Positions 1 to 13,651 of a stretch of DNA of 64,000 bases are shown in pieces. The stretch is taken from assembly GCF_006345805.1 (NCBI RefSeq), contig NC_043006.1, positions 4,712,001-4,776,000 on the forward strand. The letters are read 5' to 3'. Below the pieces are notes generated by a model. It searched no databases, was not told the DNA's origin, and saw only the letters and a program-made list of their open reading frames with translations. Source of the stretch: Octopus sinensis (lineage: Eukaryota). The position numbers were made by a program, and so were the translations under genes. The first letter of the stretch is position 1. Each line of letters opens with the position of its first letter.

Positions 1-199
1 GTTGTTTAAAGTTAATGAACGAAGCATCCATGTTTCCTGAGGTGAATTATTCAAACCCCAAGTAATTCCTCTCAACACACGGTTATGATGCTACCCCATT
101 ATCTGTGGTATTGAGCAGAATATTTGCTGTAGCCCATCTTTTATACCAAGGCAAAACAATGAACATAACGCTTCCAATCAGTTAAGATCAGAAGCCACG

Positions 200-391
200 A
201 GTGCCTAGCGCACTGAACGAAAAGCTTAGCAGTATTTCACCCGTCGCTACGTTCTGAGCTCAAATTCCGTCAAGGTGGACTTTGCCTTTCATCCTTTTGG
301 GGTCGATAAAATAAGTACCAGTTGAATACTGGGGTCAATGTAATCGACAAATCCCCATCTTCCCCAAGCTGTCCTTATGGCAAAAATTTGA

Positions 392-392
<1 letters not shown>
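200..392 (+). mobile_element. tRNA-derived SINE family B, diverged copy followed by a (TAA)n tail
   Basis: Matches the family core seen many times in the window (gttctgagttcaaattccgccgaggtcgactttgcctttcatcctttcggggtcgataaa..agtacc). The core resembles the Meta domain of MetaSINEs, from recollection. Confidence 0.8.
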
Positions 393-448
<56 letters not shown>

Positions 449-485
449 GATGATGATGATGATGATGTTGATGATGATGATGATG

Positions 486-537
<52 letters not shown>

Positions 538-538
538 T
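393..538. repeat. (TAA)n/(TGA)n microsatellite
   Basis: Directly visible; explains ORFs 289..594 and 426..617. Confidence 0.97.
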
Positions 539-559
539 AAAAACGATTCTTTCAGTAGT

Positions 560-1130
560 GCTTGTGACGCATTATGAGAATCTTTGGAAAACATTTTATC
601 AGATACAGAAGTGGTAATACTAACTTACTTTTTAAGTATAGAATCTATAACACTGAAAAAAAAAAAAGCCAAGATATATTGGTCAAATAATACACTTGGC
701 GGAGTCGATTGCCAAAACAGGTACTGTATGGTGAGCTGAATCAGAGGAAACTCCTGCAATACAAGCCAAAGAAGAGATATGGAAGCTGTATGAAAGATGT
801 ACTAAAGAAAACCAGAATTGACATCAACACCTGGGAATGTCCTGCACCAAATACTCTGGTGGAAAGGTCTGATTACCAATGATGTTGAAGAGTTTGAAGT
901 CAACTGCATAACCTATGCTCAACAGAAACGTGCTGTTAGATATAGTACCACTCCCAGAAAAAGGTCTGTCGACAGTTCTTGCGATGCAAGGCCTGTGATC
1001 GTATATGCCTTTCGAGAGAGGGCCAGCTTCGCTATGAAGGAAACCACGTTACTCATGATGCTGAAAACACAATATATTATCCTAGCTGACTGTCTATGCG
1101 TCCAGTGTGTCAAAGTATGTTGTTCTTGTT
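560..1130 (+). mobile_element. Decayed RTE-clade LINE, 3' part of ORF
   Basis: Translates as RLPKQVLYGELNQRK..KPKKRYGSCMKDVLKKTRIDINTWE, typical of the RTE C-terminal region, and ends in a Cys-rich segment. Frame-disrupted. Confidence 0.7.
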
Positions 1131-1289
1131 AAAACCACTGGACAGACATACTTGAAACGGCACTCGTTAGAAACGTATTGAGGGAAAACTAACTTGGATA
1201 AAGAGAAATTGGTTGAAAGTTACTGGGAAGTAACTTTTTCTCCTGGTTTTCTCTCTTTGAGATTACACTCATATATATGGTCGGTCACG

Positions 1290-1321
<32 letters not shown>

Positions 1322-1325
<4 letters not shown>

Positions 1326-1433
1326 CGTGACCAACCAGGCTATTAGATGTTGCTACACATCGCTGGTCACAATACGCTTCGCATTGTTTTAGCCTTCAAA
1401 TGACGCCACCCCGCTGGCTAAGCCAGCAGGCCA
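1322..1433 (-). mobile_element. ~112-bp interspersed element embedded in (TA)n, copy 1
   Basis: Near-identical to the reverse complement of 21449-21560, with the same endpoints; flanked by TA runs on both sides. Confidence 0.75.
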
Positions 1434-1516
1434 TATATATATATATATGAAATGATTGAATATTAGCTTCACGCTTGAAACTCGGAGTACCAACGAATTT
1501 GAATCAAACTGTTTTG

Positions 1517-1517
1517 T

Positions 1518-1593
<76 letters not shown>

Positions 1594-1598
1594 CCTAC

Positions 1599-1682
<84 letters not shown>

Positions 1683-1704
1683 AATCTATCTATCTATCTA
1701 TCTA
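1517..1704. repeat. (TCTA)n microsatellite
   Basis: Directly visible. Similar tracts at 14348-14474, 22430-22560, 23441-23850 and 60740-60912. Confidence 0.97.
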
Positions 1705-2236
1705 TATGTGTGTATTTATACACACACACATATAATATATGTACATATATATACCTGCACACATCTTTCTTTTCCTGCTCGGACGTCTAAACGACTGGAT
1801 ATTTTCTTCTTTCTCTCTTCTATATGTTCACTTTTCAAAAAAAAAAAGTCTCTCCCAGCGTTCACTATTCCCCTTTCGTTCCTGTCAAACGACCCTCCCT
1901 GTCTCTTCATATCTCGTTCGTTTTCCTTGTATGTTTCCCCTGTTATTTTTGTTCCCAACTTTGGCCCTCCATGAATCTCAAATTTTATTTTATAATTTAT
2001 AGGAGCTACTGCCTTTGAAGACTCATATTATTGATTGAATGCTCGAACTGAGGAGTAGACAGACAGCTGACAACTGACAAAGGGTCCTTTTTCTATGTTT
2101 ACTTGTCTGGTTTCCCATTTTCTCGTTGTTTACGTATTTTACCCGTTTTTGTTCTGTAATTATTGTCCTCGTCTTATACCTATCTCTTGTGTGCATGTTA
2201 TTTGCACCGTTGGGGACGTCCTGTACCCATCTATGC

Positions 2237-2326
<90 letters not shown>

Positions 2327-2410
2327 GAAATTAATAGAAAAACAAAAGACGAAGACAGGTGGTGTACAAAACAAACAGATGTATTAGTGTAACGCTCAGG
2401 AATAGAAAAA

Positions 2411-2440
2411 GTCTTTTACGTTTCGAGCCTACGCGCTCTC
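2411..2440 (-). ncRNA. Truncated hammerhead-like motif (helix II + GAAAC-GUA); 5' core replaced by a (CT)n run
   Basis: Minus strand reads gagc-gcgtag-gctc GAAAC GTA aaagac; the (TA)n tract 2239-2323 lies about 90 nt downstream. No CUGANGA present. Confidence 0.45.
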
Positions 2441-2460
2441 TCCCTCTCTCTCTCTCTCTC

Positions 2461-2537
<77 letters not shown>

Positions 2538-2552
2538 TTTTTTTTTTTTATC

Positions 2553-2858
2553 TTTTACTTGTTTAGCCATTAGACTGCGGTCAGTGAAATGTATCGACTC
2601 CAACATTTATTTTTTAAAACCTGGTACTCATTTTATCGATCTCCTTTGCTGATCCACTAATGTTACGGGGACGTAAACACACCAGTACCGGTTGTCAAGT
2701 AGTGGTGAGGTGGGGTACAAGCACAGACGCAAAGACACAGACACAGATACACATACATACATGTATATACGGCGGGATTCTTTCAGTTTCCGTCTACCAA
2801 ATTCAGTTACAAGGCTTTGGTCAGCCCGAGGCTATAGTAGAAGACACTTTCCTAAGGT
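2553..2858 (-). mobile_element. SINE family A, partial diverged copy
   Basis: Homologous to 3659-4045 (ggggacgtaaacacacc, tttcagtttccgtctaccaaat, gctatagtagaagacac). Confidence 0.8.
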
Positions 2859-3626
2859 GCCACACACACACATACACACACAGAGACACACACACACACA
2901 CACACACACACATACGCATACACATATATACATACACACACACACAAACAACCACAAGCACATACACACGCATACACGCACACACACATACACACAAACA
3001 CCCACAAACACCCACACACACACACACACATACACACACACACACACACGCGCGCGCGACACTGTGATGCAGTTGGCTCCTGAAAAAGTTCAAACTCTTG
3101 TATCAGTTTCCTCTTGATTCGCCGGGAAGACAGGGAAATCTGGAAACGGTTAAAACGGGACAATGTCACGTTTTTGTAAAACATAGAAAAACAACTGCGC
3201 CATAAGTAAAGCGGTCGGGTGAGGCAGGAGACTTTCTTTGGATAAAGGCCTTGAAAGAATAAAAAAAATATGTCAGCTTTCTTGATATTTCTTACAAAAA
3301 CAAAACAAAACAATGAAATGCGAAGGAATTGAGGCAAAACATACAAACGTTATCATAACAATAGGATGGGGTGTTTATGTGGCTGCGACACCTGCGGACT
3401 TTCCATGTCTTCTGCTCCTCATTAATAATGGTCAGTTGGAGTAGATAAACATTTTTCTAAAGGTATTAATCAACTTGGTGAATATTAGCAAATTTGCAGC
3501 ATTATATTGCCCCAAACAGCTATATAAATTTGTATGCTTAGAATCGTATACGCACCTAGAGCTGCATGCATACGTACATACATACATACATGCGTACATA
3601 CATACATACATACATACATACATACA

Positions 3627-3658
<32 letters not shown>

Positions 3659-4045
3659 GGCGCAGGAGTGGCTGTGTGGTAAGTAGCTTGCTTACCAACC
3701 ACATGGTTCCGGGTTCAGTCCCACTGCGTGACACCTTGGGAAAGTGTCTTCTACTATAGCCTCGAGCCGACCAAAGCCTTGTGAGTGGATTTGGTAGATG
3801 GAAACTAAAAAAGAAGCCCGTCGTATATATGTGTTTATATATATTGTGTGTGTGTATAAGTTTGTGTGTGTGCTTGTCCCCCCAACATCGCTTGACAACC
3901 GATGCTGGTGTGTTTACGTCCCCGTAACTTAGCGATTCGGTAAAATATACCATTATAATAAGTACTAGGCTTACAAGGAATAAGTCCTGGGGTCGATTTG
4001 CTCGACTAAAGGCGGTGTTCCAGCATGGCCACAGTCAAATGACTG
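3659..4045 (+). mobile_element. SINE family A, full length (tRNA head, CORE-like segment, internal microsatellite, CR1/L2-like tail)
   Basis: Pol III A box TGGCTGTGTGG and B box GGTTCAGTCCC; ccttggg(c)aagtg CORE-like segment; tail ggcggtgttccagcatggccacagtcaaatgactgaaacaagtaaaaga; more than 10 copies in the window. Confidence 0.9.
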
Positions 4046-5003
4046 AAACAAGTAAAAGAAAAGAGTATACATACATACATACATACATACACACATACGT
4101 ACATACATACATACATACATATATACATACATGCATGCATACATACATACATATATACATACATGCATGCATACATACATACATACATACATACATACAT
4201 ACATGCATGCCTGCATACATACATACATTCATTCATACATACATACATACATACATACACATATATATGTATACGCACAGAGACGAAAATTGTTCTCTTA
4301 CATATATATATAAATACATACTCACACATGTATTTATATATATGTGCTCATATCTTAATATATGTACGTATCACATATATTAACATTTATAAATATGTAA
4401 CTATATGTATATCTATGAAATATATGTGCGTACAACATTTCTGTATATAAATATGCAGGTAGAGTATGGTTACTATATTCACATCTGAGAGAGTACATGA
4501 TAAAACTAATTGAGTAACCCAATTTTAACTTTTACAAGATTGTTTCCGAAATACATTTTCATTAAAAAGTCATTTTATAAATATTTTCACTAACATTAAA
4601 ATATACTTTGGTAAAGTAACACTTTTGAATTTTTATGTAAGCATATTATAAATATCTAAACATTCATTAAGTTTAACTTAAATTTACCTTTATTTAAATT
4701 GATTTATTTTGTGCATAATAAAATGCACTTAATAGGAAGTCTGTACGAAAAGAAAATGGCCTTCATTTATACAATATTCTGGTATTACGCACTAAGAAAA
4801 AAAAAAGACTGTTTCTCATTATAACATTCGAATATATTCTAACATATAAAAATTAACTCCGAATATAAAAATACTGAATATTTTAGACAGAAAACACTAA
4901 ATATTTTCTATCTCTTTATTGGAAACCACATTTTAATAATGTTACTGTTCTGTTTGTCTGTTTCTCTCTGTGTATGTATGTGTGTATATATATATATATA
5001 TAT

Positions 5004-5042
<39 letters not shown>

Positions 5043-5045
<3 letters not shown>

Positions 5046-5270
5046 GATCCCATCAACTTTAAACGGAGTCTGGATAGATTCCTTCAAGGAATACCAGATA
5101 AGCCACCCATAATTGGATACAACTCACCCAACAAAAACTCACTACTTGAATGGACCATAAACAAAACTTGACTTAAACAGGATTCAAATAATCCTATCAG
5201 GTGGTGCTATTTAGTTAGACATGGCCTGGACCAATCTTTGGTCGAAACATATTTAAGTTTATCTAAGTTT
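5043..5270 (+). mobile_element. 3' end of a CR1/L2-group LINE inserted in (TA)n
   Basis: DPINFKRSLDRFLQGIPDKP..NSLLEW ORF2 terminus, then a 3'UTR with a catggcc-hairpin-gaaac motif and a short repeat tail. Second copy at 62428-62652. Confidence 0.8.
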
Positions 5271-5481
5271 ATATATATATATATACATGTTGATACTGTG
5301 TGGACTGAATTCTTCGTAGCTTCGCTACTGTCATGTGTAATCTTAGCTTGTTAGATAAAGGCTTCTAATTTGGACGGTCAAAACTTACAATGTCACCTAG
5401 GTGCAGTGATTAGCACGGTTCTACGGGCTATACAGACACTGTGTTTGATTCCTGCAGAGTAGGTTAACCTCAATTTGTCTT

Positions 5482-5517
<36 letters not shown>

Positions 5518-5587
5518 AGTATATATATTTATGTTTATGCGTGCACATACATAAATGTATATATATATTTATGTGAGCGTATATATA

Positions 5588-6500
5588 CGAGGTGGTATCA
5601 AAAGGTCCCTCCACTAAATATGTAGCGCGCCAACAGATGGTAGCACACGGTTGCGTGCGCAGTGAGAGCTAGCAGTGACCTTCACGGGGCAGTGTGCCGT
5701 GTGACATCGCTGTGTTTACTTCGCAAGTTGTCAAATTTGTGTTTTCGTGATCATGTGTATTGCTGTAGTCTGCGATTTTTGTTATGGACAGGAAGTTGGA
5801 ACAAGGAGCCAACGTGAAATTGTCTCTGTTACAGAGACATTGAGCATGCTTCGGCAAACTTAGAGCGTGGAGGCAACGAGCTGTATGCAACGTTTCGAGT
5901 GGTAAGGGCGCTTCAAAAGCGAAAGAATGTCCCTGGATCTCGATGAGCGATCTGGAAGGCCTTTCACGAGCGTCACCCCCGCAAACGTGGGAGAAAATTC
6001 ACCAGTTTGTGTATGAGAATCGTCAGAAGACAATCAACGACGTTTCGAAGCGTTTGAGGGGGAGGGGGAATTCGGCGAAAGCGACGGGATCTGTGGAGCG
6101 CGAAGAACTGGATTGGACGACAATGCACCCTGTCACCGAGCTCTCCTCGATCGTAAGTTACTCACCAAAAACAACATGGTATCGCTTCCGTACCCACCCT
6201 ATTCACCAGACTTAGTCCTTGCGGACTTCCATCTCATCGCTAAGATGGAAATGTAGCTCAAAGGCCGCCGTTTTAATGCCGTTGTCGAGATCAAGAGCGA
6301 AGCGCAGAAGGTTCCGACACGCCTCGATACACTTATGGAAAGCGACTTCCAGGCCGGATTCCAAAAGTGGCAGGAACGCTGGGACCGGTGTATTGCTGCG
6401 CAAGGTGACTATTTCGAAGGAGACGATGATAAAACTTAGGTAAATAAGCTATTTTGTATTAAACATTACTAGTCCGGGGATCTTTTGACGCCACCACATG
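5588..6500 (+). mobile_element. Internally deleted mariner transposon
   Basis: Imperfect TIRs (cgaggtggtatcaaaaggtccc / gggatcttttgacgccaccacatg) in TA context. Transposase remnants HPPYSPDL..ADF and FQKWQERWDRCIAAQGDYFEGD, with stops and frameshifts. Confidence 0.88.
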
Positions 6501-7330
6501 TATATACACTCGCATATATACATACATTCATACATTTATGTGTGTTTGTGTGTGTCTGTGTGTGTGCTTGTGTCTGTGTATAAGAGAGAGAGAGAGTGAG
6601 AAAGAGAGAGAAAGAGAGAGAGAGGGGGAGAGATTGAGAGAGCGAGAGATACACTGAGTGATTGAAGAAAGACGGAAAGAGACACAAATTTGATCATGAC
6701 AAACTGACAACATTTCTGCACGTCCCATTAACCTAGCTCCTACTTTTCTAATATAATTTCTTGTCCCTCTGTATCTCTTGTCTTGAACCATCCCTATTTT
6801 ACCTCAAGGGGACCCCGGAACAATATTTTTGGGTCATATATTATAATGGATTACAAAATTTGGCAAATGTTCGTAAAGAAATGGCGATGTTTCAACACAA
6901 GCATTGACACTTTATCCGAGACACAGCATTTTGCGCGGAACGAGAACTCATTGACATATTTTCAGTTCGTCAACCACAAAAGAAATGTTTTGAGCTGAGA
7001 CTTAACCCCTGTCATTGCTTTATCGACTTCCCTAAGGCCTTTGATTCAGTGAATCACGACGCATTACAAGTAATTCATAGAAAATTTTGCTGTTTTGATA
7101 AATTTACACATCACGCCTGTGATAAAATGTGTGATAAGAGCATGCGTTGTAATTGGTGGAAAATGTCCAAAATCTGTTTCAATTAAGATCAGCAGAAAGA
7201 AAAAAGAGTCTGATATACAGTTCCTGCCTTGTTTACTATACACTTTTCAATCAACTTTTAAAATCGTTTTAAAGAGGTTGCTCCCAGGATACCTATATGC
7301 GCCGTCGCACAACAAGTTAATTATTCATTA

Positions 7331-7727
7331 CTAGCAGTATCGCCCGGCGTTGCTCGGGTTTGTAAGGGAAATAACTATATAAGCATTTTTAGAGATGTAA
7401 AGTATAATAGCCATCTCAATATGGCTAACCACAAAGGGTGGGGTGTTACTGTAGCTTTTTACGTTCTGAGATTTAATAATACATTTTTAGAGAGTTACTT
7501 CCCTTATATAATAGCAAAAAAATGCATTAAAAATAGGAAAAAATTATGGTAAATTTTTGTTTAAATCGTAGACTCATCGTAGACGCGCTCTAATACCCAG
7601 AAGGGCTTGATATGAATCACGACTATAAGATACCCGCTTTTGGTTATACTGCATCGCAAAATGTGGGAGTAGTTAGGAATCTAAATCGTAGGAGACAGAC
7701 ACACAACTTCTCTTTTATATATAAAGA
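7331..7727 (-). mobile_element. Non-autonomous Helitron, copy 1
   Basis: On the minus strand: 5' TC start, 3' CTAG end, subterminal hairpin cccgagcaacgccggg, A|T insertion site, no TSD. Close copy at 61679-62073. Confidence 0.9.
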
Positions 7728-8167
7728 TTAAACGGTTTTATTCTAAATGCTTTTGTATTTGGGATAAGAGACTAAAGTGATTTTATATTTGTGGTAAGAG
7801 GCCTTTTGTATGATGATGTCTTCGATGCTGTCTTCGATGTTGTCTCATAATCGTGAAAATGATCTTTAAACTCTCAGGGATAACACTTCATTGGAATGTA
7901 ATATTTTATCCTCAATAAATCTTGGTAAAACTGTAGTGCTTTATAAGCACTGCTCTGGAAAGCCTCGTGTGGATTCTAAGATAATGGTACATGGTAAGAC
8001 TTTGAAAAATGTATCTTTATTCAAATGTCCTGGTAATATGTAAAACAAAAGTCGCAAATATTGAAAAACTTCTAAACAGAATCCAGGTATCATGGATATC
8101 TTTTAGAAAATTACATTCTTTACCATAGTCTTAACGATATTTTAAAAAATGACACCGAAATATCTAA

Positions 8168-8171
<4 letters not shown>

Positions 8172-8258
<87 letters not shown>

Positions 8259-8268
8259 GAGAGAGAGA
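8172..8268. repeat. (GA)n microsatellite
   Basis: Directly visible. Confidence 0.97.
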
Positions 8269-8496
8269 TTATTCAGGTTAGCAAATGCAATCATAAAAGC
8301 TGTCTTAAAATGCAGTACACTGAAGTTGCCAACCTTTATAGTACATGGAGAACTATCTTCTCCCTTTATAGCCATAAAAGAGTCCCTTTTATGACATATG
8401 AGCGAAGTTAAGTATGGTTGACGGAAATTGTATTGAAGCCTGACGTATATATGTACAAACAAAATATGTACGTGTGCGAGTGCATATTTCTGTTCT

Positions 8497-8905
8497 CTCT
8501 TTTACTCTTTTACTTGTTTCAATCATTTGACTGTGGCCATGATGGAGCACCGCCTTTAGTCGAGCAAATCGACCCCAGGACTTATTCTTTGTAAGCCTAG
8601 TACTTATTCTATTGGTCTCTTTTGCCGAACCGCTATGTTACGGGGACGTAAACACAGCAGCGTCGGTTGTCAAGCGATGCTGGGGGGACAAACACAGACA
8701 CACAAACATATACACGCACACATACACACATATATATACACATATATACGACGGGCTTCCTTCAGTTTCCGTCTACCAAATCCACTCACAAGCCTTTGGT
8801 TGTCCCGAGGCTATAGTAGAAGACACTTGCCCAAGGTGCTATGCAGTGGGACTGAACTCGGAACTATGTGGTTGGTAAGCAAGTTACTTACCACACAGCC
8901 ACTCC
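8497..8905 (-). mobile_element. SINE family A, near full length
   Basis: Reverse-complement homologue of 3659-4045. Confidence 0.9.
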
Positions 8906-9247
8906 ACGATGCTCCCTAACATAATAGTCGGGCAGAAAGCAAGATAAAATGAGTAAACTTTAAAAAAATAATTGCTGGATGCGTCACGATCGACTAAATC
9001 TTAAGGGCAGTGCTCCAGCATGGCCGCAGTCATGTGACTGAAATCAGTAAAAGAAAAAAAAAAGGAATAACAGAAAATATGTCGAAGCATATTACAGAGA
9101 ATCGTATTAATCAGGCGGGAGTGAAAGAAGATTAAAAAGAAAAAGAAAAACTATTGATATTAATAAAGTTCGACTTAGAACCGGGTTTATATAAAGTTAG
9201 TTTCGTCAGCCTATCAAGATTACACGAAACAAAGCGCGTTGATAAAA

Positions 9248-9347
9248 NNNNNNNNNNNNNNNNNNNNNNNNNNNNNNNNNNNNNNNNNNNNNNNNNNNNN
9301 NNNNNNNNNNNNNNNNNNNNNNNNNNNNNNNNNNNNNNNNNNNNNNN
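9248..9347. other. Assembly gap (100 N)
   Basis: Run of N. Confidence 1.
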
Positions 9348-10063
9348 GATATCATGATGCCGGCTCATTATAACGCTAGGTAAGTTCCACCAGATCAAAT
9401 TAGCGACAGGACTCCCCTCCCATTCAATAAAGATTTTGCTAGACACGCATCCGTTGTCATTAATTTTGAAATGTCAGCAATCCGTCATGAAAGACGTCGT
9501 TAAGAACAATATGAAATTATAATTGTCATTGTATCTATAATCTGATCTTGATATCTGTATTATGTGGCTGGGTCCATCATTGGCCTATGGCTATACCGGG
9601 TCTCTTTATTCAAGGCCACACTGTCAATCTCAGTATTTGTTTAATTGAATTAAAGTTAAAGCCTGTACAGGATTTGAACTTAGAATATTACTGGGAGTAA
9701 CCAAATATCACAAAATATAATGTGCGAGTTTCTCCGATTCGCCATCTACCCGATCTATTTGTTTTGTCTGTATAAATAAGCGAAAATACTGTATTAATAT
9801 TTTCGAATTTCTTAAGGATAAAGTTCACTGATTAAACCATTGAAACGATTATAGTGGACCAAAATCGAGGTTAGGTCACAAATTTGGGTCCTTGTCTTGC
9901 CATTTTGTGTCAGTGCAGTTCCTGATTGTTTAGAATGATTTTAGTTTACCTACAAAAAAAGAAGTGTACAGCAATATACATGCTTACATACCACGACTGA
10001 TTGAATGTACCATGGGTTATAAGTTTATATCTATTTTAAATACTCATTACAAATTTATACTTA

Positions 10064-10579
10064 CCGTAAATCCTCGAGTATAATCCGCACTTTTTTTTCC
10101 CAAAATTTAAAGGTCAAAATCCCAAGTGCGTACTGTATACGAGGTTAAAAATGAAAAATATTTTCTACGCAATGTCCGAGTCTCTATTTGCTGTCCGGCA
10201 ATGTTTATTCAGACGCATTTCGTGTGCGAAAATACCTTAAGCTAAGCCTGAAAGCAATGAAGTCATACAAGAATCACCCATAACTTGCAGTGAGCAACAT
10301 TTATTAAAATAAATGTATTCAGAACACAGAATAACATGTAACAAAAATAATTTGCAAACATATTTACATTCCCATATAACAGTTAAGAACATCACCATTA
10401 TTGTATTACGCATGCGCGGAAGTATTTGTTTGACTAGGTGCTGCTGGATTAATTACGCACGACTCAAGTTAGAGAAGGGGTGCGTATTATACACAAGGTT
10501 TAGGTTTCTCAGAAGTATAGCTCCTTAAAAGTCCCCTGCGATTTATACTCAAGGGTGTACTATACTCGAAGATTTACGA
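10064..10579. mobile_element. MITE of Tc2/pogo type
   Basis: TIRs ccgtaaatcctcgagtata / tatactcgaagatttacga with TA on both sides; no coding capacity. Confidence 0.8.
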
Positions 10580-10654
10580 TAGTCGTAAACTGAAATATGT
10601 CATTCTTCATGTTAAGTTATACAGACGCCGTATATAAATTTACACATGACCTGT

Positions 10655-11710
10655 ATTGCGGTTGTATGTAATGAGCCATGAGGAATTCAAGGGAGGACAC
10701 TTTACTGCCAGCGTCATCTCATTGTCATCTAACATTGGCGCTCCAACTTTATTGAATAATATGCTTAGAACCAATATATTAATTCTTACATTGATGTATT
10801 TGTTTTGCAAGATTTCTAATGTGAAATTGTGTGTTGAAACAGATATTGTTCTATTTGGAGGTGGTCATATTTTTTTACAAATAAGCCACACGCGCTATAT
10901 ACAACGTTGCTCACTTCACTTTTCAGCACTGCATTTATATATTTATTTTGGCTGCTGTTGTTTATTAGATAATGCCTGAGTGATACCATACGGCATTCGA
11001 AGGCCGTCTGCACTGATTTCAGGTCTCTACCACCTTCATTTTTCCTTAGGTAGAACCTGTCAACATCACTGTTTCTGTGGAAGTTCCCAGTTGTTGTCAG
11101 AATTTTGCGGGTTTTGATATCTATGGAATGGATTTCCTCTCCAGACCAATCAAGTATCCAAAATGTTGGAATCAGCTCTGGTACTGCAAATGCATTGTGG
11201 GATATTGTGTTGTTGTAAGAGGAGAGTTCCGACTGCCATATTTCCTAAGTCTGGTGTAATATTCTCGCGTCCCTTCATATGATACATTTTTGTCTATGCC
11301 TAGGTACTTGTAACATTCTTTGTGTGGAATGGGGGATATAGAGAGACCGTTGATGCACAGGTTTTGGGTTTGGGGGACTGACTTTCCTCGTTCTATAACC
11401 AAGTATAAACATTTCTTTTGGCCAAATTCCATATCAGCTGAAAATGTTGCTATTAATTCCAGTTGTTTTTTGGCATTGTTAACACTTTTAGCATAAGTCT
11501 TCAGGTCGTCTACAAGGAAATTATGGGTTACATTGATATTTCTAGCAGTTGAAGACCCTAGCATGTGGCTATTTGTTTTCTGCAGTAGGAACGATAATGG
11601 ATTCAGTGCCAAAAGGAGAAGTACAGGAATACTATTTCCCTGGAATATTCCCTTTGTAATGTCTATATTATTAGAAACAATAATTCTGTTCTCATTTGTA
11701 AGGGTAAGAA
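10655..11710 (-). mobile_element. R4/Dong-like non-LTR retrotransposon RT fragment, degenerate
   Basis: ORF 11172..11612 has LALNPLSFLL..THNFLVDDLKTYAKS..KKC..YKYLGI, an RT core typical of R4/Dong-type elements. Confidence 0.8.
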
Positions 11711-12260
11711 TATGTATGAGATGTATGAGATGTATGAGATGTATGTATGTATGTATGTATGTATGTATGTATGTATGTATGTATGTATGTATGTATGTAT
11801 GTATGTATGTATGTCAATTATTCAGGTTTATTTCAAGAGTTCTTGCCAATTGAGAAAGAATCAGTTTCTAACCTAGATCTAAGATTCTGTATGTATGTAA
11901 GTATGTATGTATGTATGTATGTATGGTATGTATGTATGTATGTATGTATGTATGTATGTATGTATGTATTATGTATGTATGTATGTACGTACGTACGTAT
12001 GTTATGTATGTATGTATGTATGTATGTATGTATGTATGTATGTACATGTATGTATGTATGTAATGTATGCATGTATGTATGTATGTATGTATGTATGTAT
12101 GCATGCATGTATGTATGTATGTAATGTATGTATGTATGTATGTATGTATGTATGAAATGTATGTATGTATATGCATGCGTGTGTGTATGTATGTATTTCT
12201 CTATGTATGTGTGTATATATGTGTATGCATGTATGTGTGTACATATGTGTATATATGTGC
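11711..12260. repeat. (TATG)n microsatellite region
   Basis: Directly visible. Complementary (CATA)n tracts at 3563-3657, 4047-4270 and 42880-43137. Confidence 0.95.
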
Positions 12261-13246
12261 GTATATGTATTTGTGTGTATATCAATGTACTTTAATGCAT
12301 ATTACATTTTACACACACACACTCTCATACACACATGCATTCCTATATTCATATTTAGATACACTAACATTGTGTTTATATATATATATACATATATATA
12401 TGTGTGTGTGTGTACTTCATGGGTATTTACATTTTATCTGCACACACACACACACACACATACGTACATTAGATTCCTCCATTCATATTTATAAACACTG
12501 TAACACATGTAGACATAAAAAAAAATACCGAAGACTTAACTTGATGTTTCCACCGTCATGCTTTGATATATGGCAGGACTTTGAATTATTCATAATCATT
12601 AAGGTTGTTTATTAAAAATACACCTTCTTCGACAAGAAAAAAAAAAGAAAGAAAAGAAAAGGAAGAAAAAAAAAGCAGGACAATTAATTGTGTAATTAAT
12701 ACGCCTATTAAGGTCTGCGGTTACAACAAAAACTTCCTGAGTGTAAGACATACCACATTAATTGTAATAATTATACCTGTTTGTTGTTACTGCGCCCCAG
12801 CCAAACCGAATCCATTCATCTGCAGTATTTTCTTTACAAACATTAATCTATTAATTTCTGTGTATATGTAAGTTTTACGGTGAACGCAAACACACGCTTG
12901 CAAATGTGTTAGAGGGACGCATGCATATTTATTATAGTAATCTAGACTCGGGGAGTATCGTTATTATATTTGCAGTTAAATACACAAATATATCAAATAT
13001 ACCAACTCAAATTCATGTTATAACGTTACATATACATACATCCATGCGTGTGTGTGTGATCGTGTGTGTGTGTGTGTGTGTACTATATGTATATATGAAT
13101 TAGCCTCTTCGGTTCGTAAATATAATGCGTTAAGTTTGTCCTGATGTTTCGAACTTAAATTTTGACATAAACGGTTCCAGTCAACGGCCAACAATTCTTT
13201 CTTTCATTTCTTTAAAAATCATATTTTATTTTAATAACTCTTTCTC

Positions 13247-13651
13247 TCTTTTACTCTTTTACTTGTTTCAGTCATTTGACTGCGGCCATGCTGGAGCACC
13301 ACCTTTAGTTGAGCAAATCGACCCCGGGACTTATTCTTTGTAAGCCCAGTACTTATTCTATCGGTCTCTTTTGCCGAACCGCCGCTAAGTGACGGGGACG
13401 TAAACACACCAGCATCGGTTGTCAAGCAATGCTAGGGGGACAAACACAGACACACAAACATATATATATATATATATATACATATATACGACAGGCTTCT
13501 TTCAGTTTCCGTCTACCAAATCCACTCAGAAGGCATTGGTCGGCCCGGGGCTATAGCAGAAAACACTTTCCCAAGATGCCACGCAGTGGGACTGAACCCG
13601 GAACCATGTGGTTGGTTAGCAAGCTACTTACCACACAGCCACTCCTGCGCC
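13247..13651 (-). mobile_element. SINE family A, full length
   Basis: Reverse-complement homologue of 3659-4045, including the head (ccactcctgcgcc). Confidence 0.92.

Larger units (their letters stand above)
6870..8420 (+). mobile_element. Old RTE-like LINE reverse transcriptase relic, interrupted by a Helitron and a (GA)n tract
   Basis: IDFPKAFDSVNH RT motif near 7022-7057 and LPTFIVHGEL near 8326-8355; heavily degenerate. Confidence 0.55.

Noticed and set aside
3060-3510. Possible MITE between microsatellites
   Set aside because: Terminal similarity is too weak to call TIRs.
9160-9215. Minus-strand CTGACGA near the gap
   Set aside because: No proper GAAA, helix II or helix I.
13135-13215. 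Minus-strand cGAAACATC with a nearby TA-rich run
   Set aside because: No recognisable CUGANGA core; too degenerate to call.
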